From an uncultured bacterium (GTDB lineage: Bacteria; Verrucomicrobiota; Verrucomicrobiia; Verrucomicrobiales; DEV007): a DNA stretch of 64,000 nt. Positions within the stretch are counted from its first letter, which is position 1, and the number at the start of each line of letters is the position of its first letter. The stretch covers positions 256,001-320,000 of the forward strand of contig CAXBMO010000001.1 of assembly GCA_963977015.1 (NCBI GenBank). The letters run 5' to 3'. A model generated the notes under the pieces. The model worked only from the letters and a program-made list of their open reading frames with translations. It was not told the origin of the DNA and ran no database searches. This document shows positions 52,105-62,543 of the stretch, in pieces. Made by a program: the position numbers and the translations under genes.

Positions 52105-54294
52105 GGCGGGCATTGGTTGGAGAAGGCGGATTTCATCCTGGCCTTCGGTGATTTCGAGACGCATCCCCGCTTTCAGGTTTTCAAACCTTTGGGTAAGGCC
52201 AGTTGCAGGCCAGAAGACTTCGAGGACGTCAATTTGCTGCGCCTTTCCAATTCCGATATGCTGGCGGAATGGATTTCCGCCAAAGCTTCCTCCGCTGTTT
52301 ACAAAACGGTAAATGGATCTGGAGTTGCCTTCTTCCGTGATGACGGCGTGGAGCCGACTTCCAATGGCATTCCGATTGGAAGTCTGACCAACGAGTTTGA
52401 TCTCAACCCATTGATTTTCGAATCCCGGGTTCTCGAAAATTACATCGCGATAGGCATCCACGGGATAGGCGCCACCAAGCTGTTCAAAGACGTCTTGATC
52501 GCCATCACCATCCAAATCCGCAAAGGAGACCGCGTGCCCCTTTTGCAGGTGCCCGAGCCCGGAAGCCATCGTGACATCTTCGAACCGTTTCCCTTCCCAA
52601 TTCCGATAAAGGAGGTTGGGAAGGATGACCGTCAGCTTGGGTTCTCCGGTTCCGATATAGAAATCGAGAAAGCCGTCGTTATCCAAATCTCCAAAGTTTG
52701 CCCCCATGCCAAGGATGGGAACTTCGGGGCCGGTTTCTCGTGTAACGTTCTTAAAGCGGGCACTCCCGTTGCCTTGGTAAACTGCTGACAATTCCGAGTC
52801 TGTTTCTTTCCCTAACGCAATTCGCGCAGCGTCTTCCACGGTTCCGGAAAAGGACGAGATGAAGATATCCAGATGGCCATCGTTGTTGAAGTCCCAGGTC
52901 CACAGCGGAAAACTGGAAATGGGTTCCTCGATCCCTGCTTGCTTTGAGATATCTGTGAACGTTCCATTTCCGAGATTGCGGTAGAGCTGGTTCTTCTGTT
53001 TCAGGTTGGAGATGATGAGGTCTGGCCAGGTATCGCCATCGACATCGCCCCAGACGACTCCCTTGGTCATCCCACCATTGAGAACTCCGGCGCTCCTTGC
53101 GACATCCTGGAACTGACCGTTTCCATCGTTCCTGAAGAGCTGATCTGGAGCTCGGACATTGGGGGTTGATTCGTTTCCAATATAGAGATCGAGGTCGCCG
53201 TCCTTATCGTAGTCGGCCCAGGCTGCCGTTTGAGTGGGGTAGTGGGCTCCACCCATTCCGCTGCTGAAGGTGACATCCCGAAACACTCCATTTCCGTCAT
53301 TCTGGAGCAGAGAGTTGGGGTGCTGGCCAAGCGCATCCCACCAAGCCCCGCGAAGCACAAAGAGGTCGTAGTCACCGTCGTTGTCGTAATCCGCGTGAAT
53401 CAGATTCAAGCCTCCGAGGATTCCAGTTAGTCCAGCCTCGCGTTCAACGAATTTTCCGGGACCCCGGTTCTCGAAAAAGCGAAGGGGCTCGGAAAGCTCA
53501 AAACTGGAGGTAATGATATCGAAATCATCATCGCCATCAAAATCGTCGATCACGACACCGCCGGCGAGATTGTCGTTATTGATTCCCCATTTTCTGGAGA
53601 CGTTGGCGAACCGGGGAAACGGTGTTGTCGGTTGAAATTGATCAGCAGGAAAGCGGAGATGTTTGGGGACTCCGTGAGGAAAGGTTCCCAACGTCATGTG
53701 GGCCAGGTTCAAGAACCATTGGCTGCGGAGCCGAAAGTCCGGATCATCACCGCGGAGTTGGATCGACTCTTCCAGGAACCGACTGGCCTGCTCAGATCCC
53801 CGGCGTTGGGTATGAATGGCTTCGCCCGCGAGCGGTAGAATGCAGCTTTCCGGTGCATTCCGCGCACAACAGTTTTCGGTTTCTCCCAACCGAAGATTGG
53901 CCATCCCAAGATGATAAGCGATCAACCCTTTCAGGCGGTCGTTGCCGGGCGTTTGATCGAGAAAGGCCTTGATCTCCGTGAACTGATCAATGCCTTCGTG
54001 AATCTTCCCGTGATTCAAGAAGGCGAGCCCAAGAGCGAATGCAGCATTCACATAGGCCTGAGGCAGCTTCTCTTGGTCGATATTGCTGAGATGCGATTCA
54101 AGTTGCTCAATCCGGGCCGTCCCAAAGAAGGGGTTGCTTTGCGAGGACGTATCCCGAATTGCTGCCAGAATGGCTTCCATTTTTTCATGGGAATCCAGCG
54201 CTTCCTGACCCGCCGCGTTGACGGCAACAACCAGGCAGATGATGGAATTGAGTAGGCGAGGGGAAGAGAACATGGAAGCGATGGCGAGGCGCAT
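52096..54294 (-). CDS. CRTAC1/ASPIC-UnbV family FG-GAP repeat protein with N-terminal TPR-like region
   Basis: Repeated DxDxDGxxD motifs, ENCCARNAPESCILP, NRNAIG, VNSGGSFGG, GIG...EVFWP. Confidence 0.88.
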   Translation of the reverse strand: MRLAIASMFSSPRLLNSIICLVVAVNAAGQEALDSHEKMEAILAAIRDTSSQSNPFFGTARIEQLESHLSNIDQEKLPQAYVNAAFALGLAFLNHGKIHEGIDQFTEIKAFLDQTPGNDRLKGLIAYHLGMANLRLGETENCCARNAPESCILPLAGEAIHTQRRGSEQASRFLEESIQLRGDDPDFRLRSQWFLNLAHMTLGTFPHGVPKHLRFPADQFQPTTPFPRFANVSRKWGINNDNLAGGVVIDDFDGDDDFDIITSSFELSEPLRFFENRGPGKFVEREAGLTGILGGLNLIHADYDNDGDYDLFVLRGAWWDALGQHPNSLLQNDGNGVFRDVTFSSGMGGAHYPTQTAAWADYDKDGDLDLYIGNESTPNVRAPDQLFRNDGNGQFQDVARSAGVLNGGMTKGVVWGDVDGDTWPDLIISNLKQKNQLYRNLGNGTFTDISKQAGIEEPISSFPLWTWDFNNDGHLDIFISSFSGTVEDAARIALGKETDSELSAVYQGNGSARFKNVTRETGPEVPILGMGANFGDLDNDGFLDFYIGTGEPKLTVILPNLLYRNWEGKRFEDVTMASGLGHLQKGHAVSFADLDGDGDQDVFEQLGGAYPVDAYRDVIFENPGFENQWVEIKLVGQTSNRNAIGSRLHAVITEEGNSRSIYRFVNSGGSFGGNPFRQHIGIGKAQQIDVLEVFWPATGLTQRFENLKAGMRLEITEGQDEIRLLQPMPASL

Positions 54295-54327
54295 GAATTC
54301 ACGCCACAGGATCAGGCGAAGGTGAAT

Positions 54328-55416
54328 TCAGCGATTCGGATCAATTTCGGCAAACACCCCGCCTCCCAGAAGGGTTTCGCCTTCGTAGAGGGCGCAAATC
54401 TGTCCGGGCGTCAGGGCTCGTTGGGGAGAGTGCCATTGAATGAGCGCGCGATCTTCGCCTTTGGGCTCGAAACGGATGGGCGAGGCGGCGCAACGATAGC
54501 GAGGCGCTGCGGAGATTTCTTCCGGCTCGGAGATGACCCGGTTGGTGAAGCTCAACTCGGTGATGAGCGAAGAATGCGCGAAGAGCTTGGGCGTCTCCAC
54601 CTCGTCAAATCCCACAACCAGCTCCTTGGTTGCGCCCCGTTTTTCGACCACCACGTAAGCCTTGCCATGCATGTTGGACGGGACCCCGTGCCCCTTGCGT
54701 TGGCCGAGTGTGAAGAGGTGCAATCCCCGATGCTCGCCAACTTTGCGGCCATCCACGGTGACAATGTCTCCGGGATCATCGGGAACATAATGCCGGAGGA
54801 AATCACTCATCTTGACCTCGCCGATGAAGCAGATTCCCTGGCTGTCCTTCTTGGTCGCGGTGGGGAGTTCAAAACGCTCTGCCAATGCTCGAACCTCGGG
54901 TTTTGGAATGTCGCCGATGGGAAAGAGTGCGTGGCGAATCTGCTCCTGTTGCAGAAGGGCGAGGAAGTAGGTTTGGTCCTTGTTGGGATCAACCCCGCGC
55001 AGAACGTCAAACGTGCCATCCTCCTGTTTCCGGATGCGGGCGTAATGGCCCGTCGCGACCGATTCAAATCCTTCGGCGAGCGCGTAATCGAGGAAAACGC
55101 CGAACTTCATTTCGCGATTGCACATCACATCCGGGTTTGGCGTGACACCATCCTGGTAACCCCGCAGCAAATAGGCCACGACCCGGTCCTTGTAGTCGCG
55201 CATCAGGTTGACCACGCGGAATTCGATTCCCAACTTGTCGCAAACCGCGCGAGCGTCCGTGATGTCTTGTTCCCAGGGACAGTGACCCGCGATGTTCTCC
55301 TCGTTGATCCAGTTCTTCATGTAAGCGCCGACCACTTCGTGCCCCTGCTCGACGAGCAACGCGGCTGCAACGCTGCTATCGACTCCACCTGACATGGCTG
55401 CGAGAATTTTGGACAT
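54328..55416 (-). CDS. mnmA: tRNA-specific 2-thiouridylase MnmA
   Basis: [44 protein letters not shown]. Confidence 0.97.
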   Translation of the reverse strand: MSKILAAMSGGVDSSVAAALLVEQGHEVVGAYMKNWINEENIAGHCPWEQDITDARAVCDKLGIEFRVVNLMRDYKDRVVAYLLRGYQDGVTPNPDVMCNREMKFGVFLDYALAEGFESVATGHYARIRKQEDGTFDVLRGVDPNKDQTYFLALLQQEQIRHALFPIGDIPKPEVRALAERFELPTATKKDSQGICFIGEVKMSDFLRHYVPDDPGDIVTVDGRKVGEHRGLHLFTLGQRKGHGVPSNMHGKAYVVVEKRGATKELVVGFDEVETPKLFAHSSLITELSFTNRVISEPEEISAAPRYRCAASPIRFEPKGEDRALIQWHSPQRALTPGQICALYEGETLLGGGVFAEIDPNR

Positions 55417-55421
55417 GGCCC

Positions 55422-55449
55422 ATTTTAGACGGAATTGCGTGGCTTGCAA
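55422..55449 (-). promoter_or_regulatory. Sigma70-like promoter for mnmA (probably leaderless)
   Basis: Minus strand TTGCAA, 16-nt spacer, TAAAAT, then 5 nt to ATG. Confidence 0.55.
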
Positions 55450-55489
55450 AATCCGGCTCTCTGGGATTTGGTAGCGATTTTCCGAACCC

Positions 55490-56581
55490 ATGACTGGAGC
55501 CGACCAAATCGCCGAGCATTTTGAATCCAATTTTGGGGAACGCGGCGAAGTCGGGGCTTCCGTTTCGATCTGGCGAGACGGTGAGGAAGTCGTCAGTCTC
55601 CATGGCGGGTTTGCGGATCGCGCCAAAACGATGGCTTGGACGGCGGAAACGTTGGTGCCGGTTTGGTCGATCACGAAGGGATTTGCGGCCGCGAGCGTCC
55701 TGAGCGCGTTGGAGGACGCCGGGCTGGATCTTCATTCCCCCGTTGCGAAAATCTGGCCGGAACTGGGAACGCTGAGCTTTGGGCAGATTCTGTCTCATCA
55801 GGCGGGATTGGCGGCGTTGGATGATCCGCCCGACCTTGCCGATTATGGAGCGGTCATTCGTGCGCTCGAGGTTCAAGCCCGGGATCCGAATTGGAAACCG
55901 GGAGCGAGGCATGGATATCATCCCCGGACGTTTGGTTACCTCACGGATGAGATCGTGAGACGTTTGTCGGGCGCGCCCAGCCTGGGGGCATTTTGGCGGG
56001 AGCGCATTGCCGAGCCGCTGAACCTGGATGTCTGGATTGGTCTGCCGGAATCCGAGGATGAGCGGGTGGCCGAATTGATTCCCGCCAAGATGAGGGCTGG
56101 TGACCCGGTTTCAGATTTTTATCGTGAGTATGGGAAGCCGGGCTCGTACGTCCGGCGTGCGTTCGAGTCGCCGAAAGGCGTTCGCAGCCCGAGCGATTTC
56201 AATCGTCCCGAAACGCGGCGGCTCAGCATTCCCTCCTTCACCGGGATCGCGTCAGCGCGCGGAATTGCGCGTTTTTACGCGGCGATGACGAGCGGAGAGC
56301 ATTTCTCGGAAACCGTCAGGAACTGGGCCGAAACAACGTTGGTCAGCGGACCGGACGCGACATTGATGTCCGAAACGGCGTTTTCAGCCGGATTCATGAA
56401 GACGCCGAGTCTCCTGCCTTCAAGCCGTTCTTTCGGCCATCCGGGCGCGGGCGGCAGCCATGCCTTTGCGTTTCCGGAACAGAAAATCGGCTTTGCCTAC
56501 GTCATGAATCAGATGGAATTGAGCGTGGTGCCGACTCAAAAAGCTCTCGGCTTTCTCGAACCTCTGCATACCCTTGCCTAA
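55490..56581 (+). CDS. Serine hydrolase (beta-lactamase family / family VIII esterase)
   Basis: WSITK (SxxK), [18 protein letters not shown]. Confidence 0.9.
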   Translation: MTGADQIAEHFESNFGERGEVGASVSIWRDGEEVVSLHGGFADRAKTMAWTAETLVPVWSITKGFAAASVLSALEDAGLDLHSPVAKIWPELGTLSFGQILSHQAGLAALDDPPDLADYGAVIRALEVQARDPNWKPGARHGYHPRTFGYLTDEIVRRLSGAPSLGAFWRERIAEPLNLDVWIGLPESEDERVAELIPAKMRAGDPVSDFYREYGKPGSYVRRAFESPKGVRSPSDFNRPETRRLSIPSFTGIASARGIARFYAAMTSGEHFSETVRNWAETTLVSGPDATLMSETAFSAGFMKTPSLLPSSRSFGHPGAGGSHAFAFPEQKIGFAYVMNQMELSVVPTQKALGFLEPLHTLA

Positions 56582-56582
56582 C

Positions 56583-57002
56583 ATGCCAGCCTACGCCGAA
56601 ACAATCTCTGTCCGAACCCACGGGAAGAAGACCTACGAGATCACCGACGAAATCACGAAAATCGTTCGCGAAAGCGGGATCAAAACCGGCACCGCGACCA
56701 TCTTTGTCCAGCACACCAGCTGCTCCCTGTGCATCATGGAAAACGCGGATCCTTCCGCCCGCACCGATTTGCATAACTACTTTGATCATCTGGTTCCCGA
56801 GGACGAACCCTACTTCATCCACACTTACGAAGGCGCTGACGACATGCCATCCCATATTCGGATGGTGCTGACCGGATGTTCAGAGGTGATTCCGGTGATC
56901 GATGGCCGAATGACCTTGGGAACCTGGCAGGGCCTGTTTCTCTTCGAGCACCGGGTTGCGAGCCACACCCGCCGAATTTCGGTCAGTGTGGTTGGAGAGT
57001 AG
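56583..57002 (+). CDS. yjbQ: YjbQ/UPF0047 family protein
   Basis: QHTSCSL..ENADP, H..EG.DDMPSH, LGTWQG.FL.EHR. Confidence 0.92.
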   Translation: MPAYAETISVRTHGKKTYEITDEITKIVRESGIKTGTATIFVQHTSCSLCIMENADPSARTDLHNYFDHLVPEDEPYFIHTYEGADDMPSHIRMVLTGCSEVIPVIDGRMTLGTWQGLFLFEHRVASHTRRISVSVVGE

Positions 57003-57043
57003 AAGAACCGCCGTTCGCGGGCACGGCCGGGTAGAGAACCAGC

Positions 57044-58066
57044 TTAATTATCATCGCGGGGGCGCGGCGGAGGTCCGTCACGTCCTGGCCCACCACCAGG
57101 CGGCGGAAATCGCCCTTGTCCCGGTCCTCCACGCGGTGGCCGCATTCCGCCGGGCCCTGGTCCCCGGCCGGGACCGCCGCGTTCTTCTCCGCGCAGGTTT
57201 TCCGGCGTTCCCTTTAATTGTCTCGGTATCACCGGCCAATCTTTGGTGAGGAAATACGCATAGGTTCCCTCCGGAAAATCCGGTGTGATCGTCTGCCGGC
57301 CATTGCATTCATCCAGATCTCCCAGCCCGTCGACATACTCGTAGTCCTGGACAAAGGCCCCGTCATATTTTCCATCCGGCTCCCGACCGCCTGGACGGTC
57401 GCCCGCTTTCAGCCGGTAACTCGACTTCAACTCCACCACCTGCGAACCTTCGTCCTCCGTGTCTTCATATCCGTAGAGAGCGTAAATCGGGAATCCATCT
57501 GCAGCCCACCCAACAATCGGCGAATGCTTGCCTGCGGTTACCTTCAAATCTTCCAAAAGCAGCGTGGGCAACCCGTGATAGTGGTATTTCCCCGTTGGTT
57601 GAACATGAGCATGGTTTTCATCCAACCCGAGCGGCACGGCTCCACCCAACGCTTCGTAGGTCCAGCCCGAACCGGGGTTCCCCTGCCAGAATTCCGCCGC
57701 TCCCGGATCGAACAGGACTCCGTTCACGGCAATCCCCGTCGGGCCGAGGTCCATCGCAGTCGTGCGACCGCTCTCCACCGGATTCGCCTGCAATCGAAAA
57801 TCCTGATCCTGCTCCGAAATGGAGTGCGGATTTCCCGCATTTGGAAACCGTCCCACCTTGTGATCGGGAATGGCGTTCGACCGGATTTCGCGGAACATAC
57901 CACGGACTTGGATGTCGCAGGCGTTGTTGCCGGGAGGAGTCCTCGACGCCGCTTCCAAATCGAGCGGCCGAGCTTCCGTTGCGCTATGACGTCGAAACTG
58001 CCCTTGGGCAAAAGCAATCGTCACTCCGCAGAGAAAAAGGAGAAAAGATGAATGTCCTGGGTTCAT
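57044..58066 (-). CDS. YHYH domain protein with Gly/Pro/Arg-rich C-terminal tail
   Basis: GIAVNGV, LDENHAHVQPTGKYHYHG, GWAADGFPIY, GDLDECNG; signal peptide from MNPGHSSFLL. Confidence 0.9.
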   Translation of the reverse strand: MNPGHSSFLLFLCGVTIAFAQGQFRRHSATEARPLDLEAASRTPPGNNACDIQVRGMFREIRSNAIPDHKVGRFPNAGNPHSISEQDQDFRLQANPVESGRTTAMDLGPTGIAVNGVLFDPGAAEFWQGNPGSGWTYEALGGAVPLGLDENHAHVQPTGKYHYHGLPTLLLEDLKVTAGKHSPIVGWAADGFPIYALYGYEDTEDEGSQVVELKSSYRLKAGDRPGGREPDGKYDGAFVQDYEYVDGLGDLDECNGRQTITPDFPEGTYAYFLTKDWPVIPRQLKGTPENLRGEERGGPGRGPGPGGMRPPRGGPGQGRFPPPGGGPGRDGPPPRPRDDN

Positions 58067-58143
58067 GGGAAGCCAACGTAAAACACCCTGACAACAACGC
58101 AAACCTCCTCGCGGAGTGGTGAGGGATTTCCGATTGGCTTCGG

Positions 58144-58953
58144 TTACCACCGGACCTTCCGGCGAACCACATCGTCGGGCGGGAGAACGTCCCAATCGTC
58201 TTCTTCGATCACCACGACTCTCGGTTGCCCGGTCGCGCGCGGCCCTCTGAAAGGCTCGGAAAACTGCGGGTCGAACTGGCTTTGCCAAAGCGCGCTTCGG
58301 CGCTCGGCTCCCGCTGCCAGAAAGATAAAGGCGGCGAGCACAATCCAAAGCAGGTTGAAGGTGAACAGGCCGAGAACACCAAAGGCGATCGCGAGACCTT
58401 GTCCGATTCTGGCCGCGATGTTCGTCGCCCAACGGTGATCGCGATACATCGTCAAAACGGCTCGCAAGACTCGTCCGCCGTCCATCGGAAACGCCGGAAT
58501 CATGTTGAAGACCACCAAGATGATGTTGGCGGAAAGCAGGGTGAAGACAAATTCGCGAACTGAGGCGGGCGCCGCGGCGGCGGCCAAATCCGGAAGTCCG
58601 AGAAGAAGCACGACGGGCACCAGCAACAGGGCAATGACCACGTTTACCGCGGGTCCTGCGAGGGCGATGACCAATTCCTGGGCCGGGTCACGCGGCATAC
58701 GCTCCAGTTTCGCGACGCCGCCGATCGGGTAAAGGGTGATGTCTTTCGTTCCGATTCCGAAATAGCGGGCCGCCAGGCTGTGGCCGAGTTCATGAAGCAC
58801 AACGCATCCAAACAGCGCCGCGATCAGCAAAATCGAAAAAACCGCCCCGACGATCCCATTCTGGAAAAGGCTCGAAAGACCGATCCAGGCCAACAAAAGG
58901 CCAAACGTCCAGTGGACAAAAACTCCAATACCAAAGGGGTTACCAAGTTTCAT
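58144..58953 (-). CDS. Site-2 protease family (M50) zinc metalloprotease
   Basis: [27 protein letters not shown]. Confidence 0.93.
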   Translation of the reverse strand: MKLGNPFGIGVFVHWTFGLLLAWIGLSSLFQNGIVGAVFSILLIAALFGCVVLHELGHSLAARYFGIGTKDITLYPIGGVAKLERMPRDPAQELVIALAGPAVNVVIALLLVPVVLLLGLPDLAAAAAPASVREFVFTLLSANIILVVFNMIPAFPMDGGRVLRAVLTMYRDHRWATNIAARIGQGLAIAFGVLGLFTFNLLWIVLAAFIFLAAGAERRSALWQSQFDPQFSEPFRGPRATGQPRVVVIEEDDWDVLPPDDVVRRKVRW

Positions 58954-59144
58954 GATGGTTATTAGTCTGCAAAAAGCGTACCACCTTGCGACAAATCGGC
59001 GCCCCGATAAAGTGGACCCAATCGAGGCAAATGTTCCCGTTTGCGCCATTTTGACTCAGTCAAATTGACCGAATACTTCTTCGTTGCATTCCGAGGCATC
59101 GATTCCGATAGTTGGCTGATGAAGTTGAACAGGCTCATGCGAAC

Positions 59145-59711
59145 ATGGCGAAGGACGGGGAACTGAAGATTCGGATCAGGCAAGCCTGTGAAGATGATAT
59201 CGAGGACTTGTTGGCGCTTGCTGCGTTTGCCGACCGCGATGATGGCGGAGACCGGGAGGAACAAATCTCCCGGGACACACTCCGGCAGTCCCTGTTCATG
59301 CCGGGCTCACTGTGCCGCGCGTTGGTGGCCGATGCCTCCGGACCGATCGTCGGCGTGGCTCACTATCACCGCTTTCAACCCGCAGTGGTTCGCAATCCGA
59401 CGCTGGCTCTGGATGATTTGTATGTGATTGAGCAATATCGGCGCTTGGGCATCGGTTGGAAATTGCTCGAAGAACTGAGCCGGCGCGCAATTGAGATGGA
59501 TTGCGAGCAAATCGACTTCACGGTGCAGCGCGGAAACCGGAAAGCCGTACGATTTTACAAGCGTTTGGGAGCCAAAGTGTATAACGACACTCACTATTGC
59601 CGTCTCGATCGCAAGGTCGTCAAAACGCTTGCCAGTTCCGGCAAAGAAGGCTTGGCGAAGGAGGAGGAACCCAAACCCAAACGGAAATTTGGCCGGAAAG
59701 CGAAGAAATAG
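59145..59711 (+). CDS. GNAT family N-acetyltransferase (SSAT-like)
   Basis: LDDLYV..YRRLGIG, N.KAVRFYKRLGA. Confidence 0.88.
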   Translation: MAKDGELKIRIRQACEDDIEDLLALAAFADRDDGGDREEQISRDTLRQSLFMPGSLCRALVADASGPIVGVAHYHRFQPAVVRNPTLALDDLYVIEQYRRLGIGWKLLEELSRRAIEMDCEQIDFTVQRGNRKAVRFYKRLGAKVYNDTHYCRLDRKVVKTLASSGKEGLAKEEEPKPKRKFGRKAKK

Positions 59712-59768
59712 TTGCAAGGCAGGACTGGAGGGGTAATCTCTCGGCCCTTCACGAACCAAATTTTTCTC

Positions 59769-59924
59769 ATGTCTCAGCATCCAAGTCTCAAAGGCGCAGC
59801 CGGTAGCGGAAAGAAACGCAGTGTATTGAAGCGTTTTGAGCGCGTGAAATTGCTGAAAGAGCGTGGCGAATGGAAAGAGGGCCAAAGCCCGATCGGTTTG
59901 CCAAAAACCAAGCACATTGACTGA
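59769..59924 (+). CDS. PVC-superphylum small basic protein (TIGR04137-like)
   Basis: 51 aa MSQHPSLK...RSVLKRFERVKLLKERGEWKEGQSPIGLPK; upstream TTGCAA-16-TAATCT promoter. Confidence 0.88.
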   Translation: MSQHPSLKGAAGSGKKRSVLKRFERVKLLKERGEWKEGQSPIGLPKTKHID

Positions 59925-59961
59925 TTTTCAGTCTTTCTGCTGTTAGCTTTAAGGTTTCATA

Positions 59962-60696
59962 TTGAGCGACGGCGTCCGCATCAACAAGTTCTTGGCCTCA
60001 TGCGGATTGGGCTCTCGTCGCGGTTGCGAAGAGATCGTCTCTCATGGCCGAGTCACCGTGAACGGCAAAGTCGTGACCGATCTCGCGACGCGGATTCTGC
60101 CGGATGACGCGATCAAGGTGGATGGAAAGCGGGTTTGGTCGGGCGAAGAAACCACCATTCTGCTCTACAAGCCGAAAGGACACATCTGCACCAAGGAAGA
60201 TACCCACGACCGCACCACGATTTACGATCTGCTGCCGGGGCGTTTTCAGCGGTTGAACTACGTCGGACGGCTCGACAAGGAGAGTGAAGGCCTCCTTCTC
60301 CTGACGTCCTCGGGCGAAGTCTCCCAAACGTTGACTCATCCGAAACACAAGATCGAGAAGGAGTATGAGGTGGTGATCGACCGTCCGCTTGAGAAAGATC
60401 ATGCGGAAAAAATGGTCGAAGGCATCCACACTGCGGAAGGGATTGCGACGGCCGAGCGCGTTGAAGTGTTGGGCCAACGCCGGGTTTCGGTGGTTCTGAA
60501 ACAGGGGCTGAAGCGACAAATCCGCCTGATGTTCGGAAAATTCGATTACAAGGTGAAGAAGCTGGTCCGTGTTCGAATTGGAGAACTGATTGCTCCGACG
60601 ATGAAGGCTGGCGATTGGGTTGAACTCGATGAAGAGGGAATCGAGTTGGCGATGACGAACCCGCCCAAGCCCAAAAAGCCGAAAGACGCGGTCTGA
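59962..60696 (+). CDS. rRNA pseudouridine synthase (RsuA/RluB family)
   Basis: S4 domain RINKFLA..G.GSRR, VGRLD..SEGLLLLT, G.KRQIR.M, L.RVRIG. Confidence 0.93.
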   Translation: MSDGVRINKFLASCGLGSRRGCEEIVSHGRVTVNGKVVTDLATRILPDDAIKVDGKRVWSGEETTILLYKPKGHICTKEDTHDRTTIYDLLPGRFQRLNYVGRLDKESEGLLLLTSSGEVSQTLTHPKHKIEKEYEVVIDRPLEKDHAEKMVEGIHTAEGIATAERVEVLGQRRVSVVLKQGLKRQIRLMFGKFDYKVKKLVRVRIGELIAPTMKAGDWVELDEEGIELAMTNPPKPKKPKDAV

Positions 60697-60732
60697 TTTG
60701 CAAGCTCCTGGAATCACGAACATGATTCGGGA

Positions 60733-61797
60733 GTGACGTTCGCTTATCCCCTGGTTTTTCTGGCGTTGATTCCTGCGGCCCTGCTGTTGGCCTGGAACTG
60801 GATGAGCCGTCGTCGCGACGCCATCACGTTTTCATCGACTCACGCGGTCGCTTTGGTTCCCAAATCCCGCCGCCAGAAGTTCGGTTGGCTTCCGAACGCG
60901 GCCCGGGCCTTGGCGGTGCTTCTGGTGATCATCGCATTGGCGCGTCCGCAAACCGAAAAATACGAGTCGTCGTTGGAGAGGGAAGGGGTTGCGATCGAGC
61001 TCCTGGTCGATATTTCCAGCAGTATGGACATGCGGATGAAGCAGCAGGGCGGGCGCGATTCCTCGCGGCTTAACGTGGCCAAACGGGTCATTTTCGACTT
61101 CATCGAGGGAAATTCCGACGATCTGGCGGGACGAGCCGATGACTTGATCGGGATGATCACGTTTGCGCGCTATGCCGACACGATCTGTCCGCTGACGCTC
61201 AGCCACGAAGCCTTGGTTTATCTGACGGAAGGGATCACGATCAACGATCGACCCAACGAGGATGGAACGGCTTACGGCGACGCCACGGCGCTGGCTGCGG
61301 CCCGGCTGGCAAGGCTGGAGGAACGTTTGCAAAAGGGCGACAAATTCGCTCCGGCAAAGGAACCGATCGCGAGCAAGATCATCGTCTTGCTGACGGATGG
61401 AGAGAACAATTGTGGAACGATGCTCCCGCTCCAGGCTGCGGCGTTGGCGAAGGAGTGGGGAATCAAGATCTACACCATCAGCCTGACGGATCCGCCCAAG
61501 TCGCAGTTCGTGAAGGTTGATGACGAAGAGACGATTGAGGCCGCGAGAGTTCGAAGCGCGGCGGAACGGGGATTGGAGAAGATGGCGGAAATGACTGGTG
61601 GAATTTTCCGAACGGCTTACGATTACGACACGCTTCAAGCCGTCTATGAGGAAATTGACAACCTGGAGCGCAGCAAAATGCGTTCGACGATGAAGACGGT
61701 TCCGCAGGAGCGGTTTCAGTTTTTCGCCCTGGCCGCCTTGCTCATGATCGGCACGGAATTGGGGCTGGCGGCGACTTGGCTGCGGCAGATCCCCTAA
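60733..61797 (+). CDS. BatA-like vWA domain protein
   Basis: FAYP..F, ALARPQ, DISSSM MIDAS, PLTL, GTAYGD, LLTDGENN, C-terminal TM. Confidence 0.9.
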   Translation: MTFAYPLVFLALIPAALLLAWNWMSRRRDAITFSSTHAVALVPKSRRQKFGWLPNAARALAVLLVIIALARPQTEKYESSLEREGVAIELLVDISSSMDMRMKQQGGRDSSRLNVAKRVIFDFIEGNSDDLAGRADDLIGMITFARYADTICPLTLSHEALVYLTEGITINDRPNEDGTAYGDATALAAARLARLEERLQKGDKFAPAKEPIASKIIVLLTDGENNCGTMLPLQAAALAKEWGIKIYTISLTDPPKSQFVKVDDEETIEAARVRSAAERGLEKMAEMTGGIFRTAYDYDTLQAVYEEIDNLERSKMRSTMKTVPQERFQFFALAALLMIGTELGLAATWLRQIP

Positions 61798-62543
61798 CTG
61801 CGTTCATCGGATTCCCAACCACGGCTCGCGGCGCGCTCCGTGCTGATGTTGATTTGGTCAATCCAGTGCTGGAGAAAGAACTTCTTCTCGGTGGGTAGCA
61901 ATTGCTCCTCCGCTCCAATCAGGGGGCGAAGTGAGGTCGACATCTGGAACGTGACCAGCGCAAAAATCGTGATCCAGACGAAGTAGTGTCCGCGAGGTTG
62001 CCCGCCCAGAATTTTGCGGGCTTTGAAGAGAAGTCCGGCGACAAAAAGCAGGGCCACCGACCAAAACGTGATCAACAATCCGCCGAGGAAGATCGCCGAA
62101 TCGGTGGATTGCGAGAAAATCCAGACGACCGGCGCAAAACTGACGAGAAGCAGACTGGCCAGGGCGATCGAGGCGGCCATGACTCCGATTGTGGTTCCAA
62201 TCCGGATGTCGAGCCCATTCAGACAGCTGAAGATGTAAAGGCTGGGCAGGCAGATCAACCCACTGAACAGCAGCCCAGCCGTGATCTTGGCCGGCGCGGC
62301 CCAGAGTTGTTGCATCCCGAATTCCCGATCGATCGCGAAGAGTCCGACGACAAATCCGAAGAGGGCGAGGCAAAACAGGCTGGAGAAGGTTAGCTTGGCG
62401 GCAATGTTGATCGGTTTTCCCCGTTGCAGGTAAGCGAGGAGATCGACGGGTTTTTTGAGAAGCTTTTCGAGCGACTCCCCAAGGCCGAGAGCTCCCAGGG
62501 CGGGAAGCTCGGGAGGAACTGGTTGGTTTTCAGGATTTGTCAT
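61794..62543 (-). CDS. Five-TM membrane protein (Yip1-like), paralog of neighbour
   Basis: K.P-like motif (APAKI), CLPSLY, FAP, QMSTSLRPLIG, FF. Confidence 0.7.
   Translation of the reverse strand: MTNPENQPVPPELPALGALGLGESLEKLLKKPVDLLAYLQRGKPINIAAKLTFSSLFCLALFGFVVGLFAIDREFGMQQLWAAPAKITAGLLFSGLICLPSLYIFSCLNGLDIRIGTTIGVMAASIALASLLLVSFAPVVWIFSQSTDSAIFLGGLLITFWSVALLFVAGLLFKARKILGGQPRGHYFVWITIFALVTFQMSTSLRPLIGAEEQLLPTEKKFFLQHWIDQINISTERAASRGWESDERS

Noticed and set aside
55490-56581. Beta-lactam resistance gene
   Set aside because: No signal peptide and motif pattern fits family VIII esterases; resistance cannot be inferred.
57044-57190. GC-rich quasi-repeats
   Set aside because: They encode the Gly/Pro/Arg low-complexity tail of the YHYH protein; not a DNA repeat array.
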